NCBI GenBank assembly: GCA_033763315.1
Contig: JANRKS010000002.1
Coordinates: forward strand, 288,001-352,000
From: Deltaproteobacteria bacterium
GTDB lineage: Bacteria > Myxococcota_A > Polyangia > Fen-1088
Direction of reading: 5' to 3'
DNA: 64,000 bases
The position numbers and the translations under genes are program-made. How positions within the stretch are numbered: position 1 is the first letter of the stretch; every line of letters starts with the position of its first letter. The notes under the pieces are model-generated. The model saw only the letters and a program-made list of their open reading frames with translations, did no database searches and was not told the DNA's origin. Shown here in pieces: positions 56,087 to 64,000 of the stretch.

Positions 56087-56710
56087 ATGACAAAGCAACT
56101 TCAGATCGTGGTGGCCAGCCGCAACGCTCACAAGGTGGCGGAGATCCAGTCGCTGTTAGGCGACGTGCCCGTGACGCTCGTAACGATTGACGAAGTGGCT
56201 CCGGGCGTTGAACTGCGAGAAGACGAGCCAACATTTGAAGGCAATGCCCTGGCCAAGGCGCATCAAGCCGCGCGTGCGACGGGTATGTTGGCGATTGCCG
56301 ACGATTCCGGTTTGCAGGTGGACGCGCTCGGTGGTGAGCCCGGCGTGTGGTCGGCTCGATACGCCGGTTTGCCCAGCAACGATGCGCGCAACAACGCCAA
56401 GCTACTGCAGGCATTGCACGGGGTGCCTGATGACAAACGCACAGGTCGCTACCAATGCTGTGCGGTGTTTGTTGATCTGCAGAACCAAGAGTCACTGGTG
56501 CAGTTTGGCGCGTGCGAGGGGCGCATCCTTTCGCACATGCAAGGGGCGGGCGGCTTCGGCTACGATCCCATGTTCTTTTTGCCGTCCCTCGGCAAAACGA
56601 TGGCGGAGATCACATTGGAAGAGAAAAACCAGCTTTCCCACCGGGCCAAGGCCTTCCGAGCCTTGGCGGCCGTGTTGAAGCCCTACTTGGCGAGCCTTTC
56701 CTTCACTTGA
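56087..56710 (+). CDS. rdgB: dITP/XTP pyrophosphatase (HAM1 family)
   Basis: ADDSGL, PGVWSARY, GFGYDP, EKNQLSHR. Confidence 0.96.
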   Translation: MTKQLQIVVASRNAHKVAEIQSLLGDVPVTLVTIDEVAPGVELREDEPTFEGNALAKAHQAARATGMLAIADDSGLQVDALGGEPGVWSARYAGLPSNDARNNAKLLQALHGVPDDKRTGRYQCCAVFVDLQNQESLVQFGACEGRILSHMQGAGGFGYDPMFFLPSLGKTMAEITLEEKNQLSHRAKAFRALAAVLKPYLASLSFT

Positions 56711-56791
56711 GCCGTCAAAGCCCCTGGCGCCCGCCGGTCGCTTGTAGTATCAAGCTCCTCCCGGGTTTGCGGTTTGCCGCAAGTCCGGTAT

Positions 56792-56868
56792 CGGGGTGTA
56801 GCGCAGTCTGGTAGCGCGCCTGGTTTGGGACCAGGATGCCGTAGGTTCGAATCCTATCACCCCGACCA
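56792..56868 (+). tRNA. tRNA-Pro(TGG)
   Basis: Acceptor CGGGGTG/CACCCCG, anticodon arm CCTGG-TTTGGGA-CCAGG, GTTCGAA, encoded CCA. Confidence 0.97.
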
Positions 56869-56960
56869 CTTTGGCCGATCCGTTCGGCTTTCCTGTTGCC
56901 GGCGCGCACGTGTTTTGCGACGTTGGCGCTGTGGGCACCTCAGATCTCCAAGGGTCAGGT

Positions 56961-57881
56961 TTGGAAGAGAACGTCGTCCATCGCAAACGCACGGCTTGGC
57001 TATTGGTTGAAACCGCCGCCGTCTATGCTGCGTTGGCATTGGCGATCTTGGTGAGCGAGCGTTGCCACGCACCACCGGAGGTTAAGTTGTTGCCGGTTGT
57101 GGGGCTGGGCTTTTGGTTTCACCGCCTTTATGTCGTGGCTCACGAGGCGTCTCACCGCAAGTTGTGGCCCCAGAGTTCGCGCATCAACGATGCACTTGGA
57201 CAAATCATGTTGCTGCCCCTGATGGTGCCGCTGCGCATTCATCGCAAGATTCATGCGTTTCATCACGCGCACAACCGACGCGACCACCATCTGTCGGCGC
57301 TTGATACTTATGTTGTCCGCGGTCGTTGCGGGTGGGGGCGTCGCGTTTGGTGTTATGGCCTGTGGTACGTGGGCGTGTTCGCCGGCGGCTGGTTCGTGCA
57401 TTCGTTGGTGTCAGTCGTTTTGTTTTTGTGCATGCCGCTGCGCTTGGCGCGCAGAGTGTCGCCGGCATTCAAAGGGTGGCGCCGGCGTGATCAGCTTGCG
57501 TCGCTCGCCGTGTTTGCTTGTGGGGTGAGCCTTCACGTAGGCATCGCGTTCGCGTTTGGGGCGCGCGTTTGGCTTCTTCTGTTTGGTTGGCCCCTGCTCG
57601 CCTTTGCGTGGTGTTATTCGCTGTTGGTGTACATCTATCACTACGGCACTGGTTACGGTCCTGCCGTGCGCGAACACGTTCGCAGCCTGCGGCCAAGCCC
57701 CCTGTTGCGTTGGTGGCTGCTTGGCTTTTCAGATCACGCGGTTCACCACCAAGAGCCGCAGCTGCCCTGGTACGCGTTGGCGGCCCGCGACCAAGGCGCA
57801 GACGCCAGTAAACGTCAAAGTGTGGCTTCCGCGATCTGGAATCAATGGCGTGGGCCCACGATCGTGAAAGGCCCGTCGTGA
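56961..57881 (+). CDS. Membrane fatty-acid desaturase family protein
   Basis: His boxes HEASH, HAFHH and HAVHH. Start uncertain (TTG at 56871 or 56961). Confidence 0.85.
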   Translation: MEENVVHRKRTAWLLVETAAVYAALALAILVSERCHAPPEVKLLPVVGLGFWFHRLYVVAHEASHRKLWPQSSRINDALGQIMLLPLMVPLRIHRKIHAFHHAHNRRDHHLSALDTYVVRGRCGWGRRVWCYGLWYVGVFAGGWFVHSLVSVVLFLCMPLRLARRVSPAFKGWRRRDQLASLAVFACGVSLHVGIAFAFGARVWLLLFGWPLLAFAWCYSLLVYIYHYGTGYGPAVREHVRSLRPSPLLRWWLLGFSDHAVHHQEPQLPWYALAARDQGADASKRQSVASAIWNQWRGPTIVKGPS

Positions 57882-58543
57882 TAGCGCTTGATGAGGATAC
57901 ATGTTTGCGACGCGGTGAGGTTTGTGATGTCGACGCGGTCATGCGCATCAAAAAAGCGCTGCCCATGCCGGCGGCCGAGCACACGACTCGCGGCGGATTT
58001 CTGCTCGGCTGCGAGCCGCAACAATACGCTGGCCTTCTTGAGGCCGGCCAGGTGTGGCTGCTGCAGGTGAAGGGCACGGCGGTGGGCTTTGCAGCCGCCT
58101 TGACCAACGCGATGTTGAGGGCCTCGCCGCTGTGGCACACGCGAGACGCGATTGACTGGGACGCAAGCTTTGACCCGCAGCCTTGGTTGGGCAAGCGCAT
58201 AGGCTTCTTCGATCAACTGGCGGTGCTGCCAAGCGTTCGTTACCGCTACTGGGGTGCCGCTTTGGCTTTGCGCGCGCTGCTGAGCCTCACTGAAGACGAT
58301 CGTGATGAACTTGTTTTAACCACGACTGTTGTCGCCCCGATCGTCAACGCCGCAGCGTTGCCCTTCCTCGTGCGCGTTGGCGCGCAGGCGGTGGGCCGCC
58401 TGGTGGAGCACAATACGCCCCGCGGAACGATCGTTTCCGCCGTTCACGCCATTCACGTTGATCGTTTTCGCGAAGCGATGGTGAGGCGACGTGGCAAGCT
58501 GCAACCCGCTGCCTTGCGGGTCGTGGAAGCGGTGTGGCCGTAG
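57878..58543 (+). CDS. GNAT-fold protein
   Basis: AVGFA, FDQLAVLP..R..WGAAL, N.AA..F..RVG. GTGA overlap with the desaturase. Confidence 0.65.
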   Translation: MIALDEDTCLRRGEVCDVDAVMRIKKALPMPAAEHTTRGGFLLGCEPQQYAGLLEAGQVWLLQVKGTAVGFAAALTNAMLRASPLWHTRDAIDWDASFDPQPWLGKRIGFFDQLAVLPSVRYRYWGAALALRALLSLTEDDRDELVLTTTVVAPIVNAAALPFLVRVGAQAVGRLVEHNTPRGTIVSAVHAIHVDRFREAMVRRRGKLQPAALRVVEAVWP

Positions 58544-58561
58544 TCGCCGGCGTGCCAAGCT

Positions 58562-59890
58562 TCAACGACGATTGTCGAACAGATCGTCCTGGTTGGCAGA
58601 GGTCGGCGCCGGACTTTTCTTCCTGTTTCTGATGATCACTGGTTTCGGTTTCATCAATGCCGGTGATACCTCTGCTGCATCTGGGCGAGGTGCCTCTTGT
58701 GGTGTTGTTGGCGAGTGTGCAGGGCGTTTTTCGCTTACAGTGGCGTCCCGAGTGGTTGCTTGGGGTGAGACGCTCACCGTCTGGGACGAGGCGGACCGCA
58801 GGAGCCACAGCACCAAGGACAGCACCACCAAGCCACCAGCCGCCGCGGCCAAGTGGAGGGTACGCTTGTAACTTTTGCGGGGCTCAGGCCGCGCGGATCG
58901 GCTGCTTGATTCGGCCGTTAGGATCGCCGCGCGCACATTCGACCGATCGCCTGACGCCACCGTGGGATCATTCGCAATGTCTTTGCCGAGGATGCGTGAG
59001 ATTCTGTCGGCATAACCGTCGCCTTCCTCTTCTAGGATCGGCGCAAGCATACGCGCCAGCGCGCCGACGTTGATGGGGCGATGATCGCGGTTCTTTTGCA
59101 GGCACGCATCTACGGCTTCAATGAGTTGCTTCGGGAGCGAAGGCTCCAAGCTCTGCAGATCCAAAGGGCTTTCGGTCATCGCTTTCACGATAACTTCCGT
59201 GATCGTATCGCCTTCAAACGGAAAGCGGCCCGAGCACAAGCGAAACAGGATGACCCCAAGCGCCCAGATGTCTGTTCTCAGATCAACGTCACGCGACGAA
59301 CGCAGTTGCTCTGGGGACATAAAGGCAGGCGAGCCGATGGTTGTGGTGGTGCCAGTGACCTGAGCGCCCGAAGAATCGCTGAGAACCCCGGGCGCCACCT
59401 TGCTGATGCCGAAGTCGAGGATCTTGATCAGTTTTGTGCCGTCTAACTTGGTGGTGAGAAAAAGATTTGCGGGCTTGAGATCGCGATGAACGATGCCCAT
59501 CACGTGAGCTTCTGCGAGCCCTTCGCAGGCTTGCATCACGAACCGAACCGCCACGTCCACCGGCAGCTTTCCCGTCTTTCTCGCGATCGAATCGAGGTCC
59601 TCGCCCGTCAGCAGCTCCATCGCGATGAAAGGCATTCCGTACTCGGTTTGCCCAGCGTCGAGCACACGGGCAATATTCTCGCCCCGAAGCCTTGCGATGA
59701 TGTGGGCTTCTCGCTCAAAGCGCTTTAGCACGTCGCCGTCGGGGCGCGCGTCGCTGCGAATCAGCTTTAAGGCGACGTTCTGCTTCAGGAATAGGTGTTT
59801 GGCCACAACGACCTCACCCATCCCGCCTTGACCCAACGGACCGATGACCTCGTACCGGTCTGCGATGATGGTTCCGGGGGCGATGGCCAT
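58562..59890 (-). CDS. Transmembrane Ser/Thr protein kinase
   Basis: GQGGMG, VALK, HRDLKPAN, DFGISK, GSPAFMSPE; TM helix; tail DDLFDNRR. Confidence 0.95.
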   Translation of the reverse strand: MAIAPGTIIADRYEVIGPLGQGGMGEVVVAKHLFLKQNVALKLIRSDARPDGDVLKRFEREAHIIARLRGENIARVLDAGQTEYGMPFIAMELLTGEDLDSIARKTGKLPVDVAVRFVMQACEGLAEAHVMGIVHRDLKPANLFLTTKLDGTKLIKILDFGISKVAPGVLSDSSGAQVTGTTTTIGSPAFMSPEQLRSSRDVDLRTDIWALGVILFRLCSGRFPFEGDTITEVIVKAMTESPLDLQSLEPSLPKQLIEAVDACLQKNRDHRPINVGALARMLAPILEEEGDGYADRISRILGKDIANDPTVASGDRSNVRAAILTAESSSRSARPEPRKSYKRTLHLAAAAGGLVVLSLVLWLLRSASSQTVSVSPQATTRDATVSEKRPAHSPTTPQEAPRPDAAEVSPALMKPKPVIIRNRKKSPAPTSANQDDLFDNRR

Positions 59891-59898
59891 GGCGTTGT

Positions 59899-60960
59899 TC
59901 AGAAACGACCAAACAGCGCGGCGCCGCCACCCGCGTCTTGAAGCCATGGCGCGACGGCAACGGTGCTTTCTTTTTTCGGAGTGGAGGTCAACCAAAGCAC
60001 CCCGGTCACGGCGGCGGCGACACCCGCTGCCGTGAATGCCAGCGTTGATAATGTGCCCCAACTTTTGGCGCCGTCACCACGGTCGCGTTCGTCAGATGTG
60101 CAGTCGCCGTTCTCGCGGCACTGCGCGGAGACTCCATCCCATCTTTTGTAGGCGATCAACCCCGCCACACTTCCAAAAACCACAGAAGCCGCGGTGATGC
60201 TGCCGCCCACCCACAGCGCCGTGTGGTTGGGTGATTGTTCATAAGTCAACGGCGGGCGCGTCTGCGTCTGTACGTTTGCCGAATGAGTCTCGCTGACGGG
60301 TGGCTCTGCCTCGCGCGTAGGCACGGGTTGCACCGCTGAGGTTTGAAGGAGCCCCACAGTTATCTCTTGCACTTTCGCTGGCTCGGCAACCACTTGCCCA
60401 GTCCAATCGACGAACCCTGCCGCTTTCGCTACCACTGTGTGAACCCCAGGATCGATTGGCAGATCTGTGTTCCACGCGGCCGGGGGAAGCTCGTCGTTGT
60501 CCACCCTGATGACCACGTCCTTTGGCAGGTTTGCGGCCGTGGCTGTGATGCGTACGCGCGCGAGCTTGGTGGCCAGCGCATTCGCACGCGATGCGGCCAA
60601 GCGTTTTCGTTTGTTGTCTTGCGAGGCTCCTGCCAAGTCAGCTGCCTCTCGGAACTCTGCCCACGCGCTTGCCGTTTTATTGATACGCTCGTGGCAATCG
60701 GCCAAGTTCAATAGTGTGCCCACCGCGGGATCCAGCGATTGGCTGGCTGCGAACTTCTCACACGCCTCGGCGATTTTATCAGATTTAAGTAGGTTACGGC
60801 CTTCGACAAACAAGGCTTCTGCCTGTAAGTTCCGCGCCGCATCGGGTTTGCCACACCAACCGGGGCTAGGTATAAGAATCCACTGCAGGCCCACAGATGC
60901 CACGACAAGAAGTACGCGGCTTCGCACGACGGCAGACCTCGTTTCGGTCGCTCCTAACAT
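59899..60960 (-). CDS. TPR + PEGA-like protein with C-terminal hydrophobic hairpin
   Basis: AEALFVEGR..ACEKFAASQ.LDP..GTLLNLADC, IDPGVHTVVAKAAG, ends GGGAALFGRF. Start uncertain. Confidence 0.85.
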   Translation of the reverse strand: MLGATETRSAVVRSRVLLVVASVGLQWILIPSPGWCGKPDAARNLQAEALFVEGRNLLKSDKIAEACEKFAASQSLDPAVGTLLNLADCHERINKTASAWAEFREAADLAGASQDNKRKRLAASRANALATKLARVRITATAANLPKDVVIRVDNDELPPAAWNTDLPIDPGVHTVVAKAAGFVDWTGQVVAEPAKVQEITVGLLQTSAVQPVPTREAEPPVSETHSANVQTQTRPPLTYEQSPNHTALWVGGSITAASVVFGSVAGLIAYKRWDGVSAQCRENGDCTSDERDRGDGAKSWGTLSTLAFTAAGVAAAVTGVLWLTSTPKKESTVAVAPWLQDAGGGAALFGRF

Positions 60961-61068
60961 GGACGAAACGCTGAGGCGGTTCAGGTTTCCTTCAAACATG
61001 CGGGAAAACGGGCGTCTCATGGAATGTGCCAAAGCAATGGTACCATCAAGCAGAACGTCCAGGGCATC

Positions 61069-62661
61069 ATGTCGCAAGCCACGCTAACCATCGACCTTTC
61101 TCGCGTCTTCGTGAAGATCTTGCTTTTGGTCGCCTGTGGCGGCTTGGTCGCATGCACACAGGTGCTCGGCATCGAAGACCTACCGGGCTCACAGGACGCT
61201 GCTCCATCGTCGTCGGGCGGTGCTGCCGGAATGGGCAACTCACAGGGTGGGTCGGGCGGTCAGGCCGTGGGCGCTGGGGGCGCGAACACCGGAGGCGTTA
61301 TGGCCAATGATGGCGGCGTCGACGCCATCATCGACAACGGGTGTTTTGAGGGCAAAGCCACTAAGTCCGCGCCACCGCAAAGTGTCTTTACGTTCGGCGG
61401 CACGGGAGACGACATCACCAACGGCTTTGCCATTGATGGCGTTAACCGCATTATGGCGGGGCAGTTCGACGGCACCTTCAAAGTCACCGCGGGTGATGTC
61501 ACCGAGACGATGGTGGCGCAGTCGACCGACGCCTTCCTCATAAAGACAGACGCACAGGGGCAGGTGTTGTGGGCTCGTCAAATGGGTGGGCCAGACTTGG
61601 ATGCCGCGTATGCCGTCGCCACGGACGCGAACGGCAGCATCTTCCTCGCGGGGGGCTTCAGCAACACCGCCAAATTTTCTGGACAGGTTAAGACGAGCGC
61701 AGGTGACGTTGATGTGTTCGTCGCGAAATTCAGTCCTTCGGGCGGACTGTTATGGGTCAAAACGTTTGGAGGGACAGGGGCCGATTACGCCTTAGGGGTA
61801 AAAGTCACTTCAGACGGAGAAGCCATCGTCACTGGGGCTTTTGAAAGCACCGTATCGTTCGGCGCCCAAACATCGACGGCGCGAGGCAAGGACGCTTTCT
61901 TGATGCGGATGAAGGCCAACGGCGACGTGGCCTGGACCGAGGTTTTCGGAGACACGGGAGATGATCAAGGCGTCTCCGTTGCGATAAACGCCAAAGATCA
62001 AATCGCTGTGCAAGGCGTTTTCACCTACCAAATCAATGTGGGCGGAAGCGATCTGAAGATACGGAACGACCCTTTCAGGTCGCACTCGATCTTCACGACT
62101 TTGAGAAGCTCCACCGGCGTTCACATCTGGTCATTGGCTATGGGTGGTGGCGACGACATCTCGGCAGAGATCAAGTTCGATGACGAGGGGCACCTGCTGT
62201 CCTTGGGCTCGTTCACAGGGGAAGGGTATTTTGGCGGGCAGTTGATGACGAGCACGGGGCCTCAGGATATGTTCATTGTGCGCATCTCGCCCACAGGCAA
62301 CCTGGATTGGGCGCGTCACTTTGGCGGCATGATGGAGACGTATGGCTACGGCGTCGCTACGAAGGCAAACAACGTCTACATCTCTGGCAGTTTCTGGGAA
62401 AAACTAACGCTAGATGCGCTTGAGCTTACGGGCAGAGGGCGGGAAGGCTTCGTGGCGAAGCTGGATCTCTGCAAAGGCAACACGGTTTGGGCTTCGTCGT
62501 TCGGCGGCTCAGGCATCGACGAAGGCTATGGCATTGCCGTCGACGGTGCCGGCAATGTTGTTATCAGCGGCACGTATGAAGGCGCCGCGTCCTTCAACGG
62601 GAAGCCGTTGAGCACCGATGTGGGCAAAGGCGAAGTCCTCCTCGGAACGTTGTCGCCGTAG
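61069..62661 (+). CDS. SBBP-type beta-propeller lipoprotein
   Basis: LVAC-TQVLGIED lipobox; repeated 'D.F..K....G..LW...FGG...D' blades. Alternative GTG start at 61111. Confidence 0.85.
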   Translation: MSQATLTIDLSRVFVKILLLVACGGLVACTQVLGIEDLPGSQDAAPSSSGGAAGMGNSQGGSGGQAVGAGGANTGGVMANDGGVDAIIDNGCFEGKATKSAPPQSVFTFGGTGDDITNGFAIDGVNRIMAGQFDGTFKVTAGDVTETMVAQSTDAFLIKTDAQGQVLWARQMGGPDLDAAYAVATDANGSIFLAGGFSNTAKFSGQVKTSAGDVDVFVAKFSPSGGLLWVKTFGGTGADYALGVKVTSDGEAIVTGAFESTVSFGAQTSTARGKDAFLMRMKANGDVAWTEVFGDTGDDQGVSVAINAKDQIAVQGVFTYQINVGGSDLKIRNDPFRSHSIFTTLRSSTGVHIWSLAMGGGDDISAEIKFDDEGHLLSLGSFTGEGYFGGQLMTSTGPQDMFIVRISPTGNLDWARHFGGMMETYGYGVATKANNVYISGSFWEKLTLDALELTGRGREGFVAKLDLCKGNTVWASSFGGSGIDEGYGIAVDGAGNVVISGTYEGAASFNGKPLSTDVGKGEVLLGTLSP

Positions 62662-62674
62662 TGACTTGGTGGCG

Positions 62675-63967
62675 TTAGGCGGCGGCCGTGGGTTCGAGCT
62701 GCTCGGCCGCTTGCTCTAGCGTGATCTGCAACTTTTCGCGGCGCGCGGCTTCCGCCACGCCGATGTGTCGCGACACCGATTCCCATGCGGCTGAAGCTTT
62801 GAGCTGCGCTTCGTTTTTGCGGTTCTGCGGATCTGCGAGCAGATCTTCAAGGTCTGCCAACGTGAGGCCACCGATGTGCCGCCGCAAAAGGTACTCCGTG
62901 CCTTCTTCGTCTTCGCGTCCTGTTAGATCGACAAGACGCTTATCCACCAAAGTGTCGATTGCCACTTGGCACACGCCCACCGGCAGCCCCGCCGACTTCG
63001 CCAAGGTGTCAGTTGTGATGGGCAGGCCAGAACGGAAGTGTTCCCACGTCGCGACCATCACGCGCGCCAAGATGCGCAGGCTGGGTGGAGCCGGCTCCTG
63101 CTCCGGCTCAAGCGTGAGTTTGCTGGCATGACCCCGGGCGCATGTGTAAGACGCGCCAAACAGCACGATCCACCAACTGAGGTAGATCCACATCATCAGA
63201 AGCGGCAGCACACTCATCGCGCCGTAGATCGCGCTGTATTTGCTGGAAGCGCTTGAAGACCATACGAAACCCGCCTTGGCGATGTTCCAGATGATGGCCG
63301 CTGTGATGCTGCCAACGGCGGCGTCTTTCCACGGCACATGGATGTCGGGAACGATGACGTAGATCAAAAAGAACACCAAGGCGATGACAACCGGCCCCGT
63401 GAGGCTCAGCAGCAAACTCGCCACCGCAACGCCCAGCCAAGCGCGCACCGTCTCTTTAATGAACCCCGTTGAAAGTGAGACTGAAAGGGCGATGATGGGT
63501 GGGGCCAAAGTCAGGATGCACCAGTAGATTGCCAACCGCATGTACAGCGGCCGCCGCAAGCGCACATTCCAAACACGGTTGAATGCCTGTTCCACGTTGG
63601 TAAGCAGGCCGAGCGCCGAATAAAACAGCACCAACAAACCCACGCCGGCGATCGCTCCACCATTGACTTGTGTGACGAAACCCTGCAGCCATTCGCTCAC
63701 CTGGTGTGAATCGGCCATAGGGATTTGCGAGAAGATCAGGTGTTCAAGCGGTTGCTGCAACTTTTGAAAGCCACCGAATGCTTTGAACAACGCGAAGGCC
63801 ACCGCCATCAACGGCACCAGCGATAGCAGCGTGTGATACGTCAAAGCCGCAGCCCGACGCGAGATCTCGTCGTTTTGGATGGCCCGCGCCACGCGCAAAG
63901 CCACGAACACTTCGCGTTTCACAAAACGAAGGCGTCGGTTGTCGGATCCGGCGCGCAGCCAGTCCAT
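62675..63967 (-). CDS. YihY/BrkB-family membrane protein with C-terminal wHTH-like domain
   Basis: AAALTYHTLLSLVP, EQAFNRVW, YSAIYG, WIYLSW..VLFGA. Frame stays open to the window edge, so the start may lie outside. Confidence 0.9.
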   Translation of the reverse strand: MDWLRAGSDNRRLRFVKREVFVALRVARAIQNDEISRRAAALTYHTLLSLVPLMAVAFALFKAFGGFQKLQQPLEHLIFSQIPMADSHQVSEWLQGFVTQVNGGAIAGVGLLVLFYSALGLLTNVEQAFNRVWNVRLRRPLYMRLAIYWCILTLAPPIIALSVSLSTGFIKETVRAWLGVAVASLLLSLTGPVVIALVFFLIYVIVPDIHVPWKDAAVGSITAAIIWNIAKAGFVWSSSASSKYSAIYGAMSVLPLLMMWIYLSWWIVLFGASYTCARGHASKLTLEPEQEPAPPSLRILARVMVATWEHFRSGLPITTDTLAKSAGLPVGVCQVAIDTLVDKRLVDLTGREDEEGTEYLLRRHIGGLTLADLEDLLADPQNRKNEAQLKASAAWESVSRHIGVAEAARREKLQITLEQAAEQLEPTAAA

Positions 63968-64000
63968 CAGACGCTGGTAACCAACTTCAAGGGGATTGGC

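Noticed and set aside
56792-64000. Possible genomic island integrated at tRNA-Pro (or at tRNA-Leu, 10652)
   Set aside because: No integrase was seen, and no duplicated tRNA 3' end was noticed by eye within the window.

Overview
GC-rich bacterial chromosome segment, very probably from a myxobacterium (Myxococcota). This is inferred from the MYXO-CTERM tails, three eukaryotic-like Ser/Thr kinases, TPR/PEGA proteins and Gly-linker lipoproteins. It holds about 50 CDSs and two tRNAs (Leu-CAG, Pro-TGG). Housekeeping genes include an iscA-like gene, moeB, pntA, ppc, glnS, a DAHP synthase, murQ, dapA, dapB, ribF, a sirtuin, gdhA, an RsmB-family methyltransferase, rph and rdgB. These are interspersed with envelope and signalling loci. 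I found no integrase, transposase, phage gene or CRISPR array. The best candidate for an undescribed system is 16806-22432: an overlapping operon of ECF sigma, zinc-finger anti-sigma, exported caspase-like (C14) protease and beta-propeller lipoprotein. It is separated from a divergent LamG lipoprotein gene by two mirror-image copies of one promoter-like motif (A-tract-TTCGTCCAAG-N12-TTCGTT). Other notable items are a putative polyprotein with an internal MYXO-CTERM followed by a second signal peptide, a recurring C-terminal hairpin-plus-GxF/W module, Planctomycete-type heme dehydrogenase modules, an orphan pntA, and many apparently leaderless promoters. All calls come from reading motifs by eye; no searches were run.
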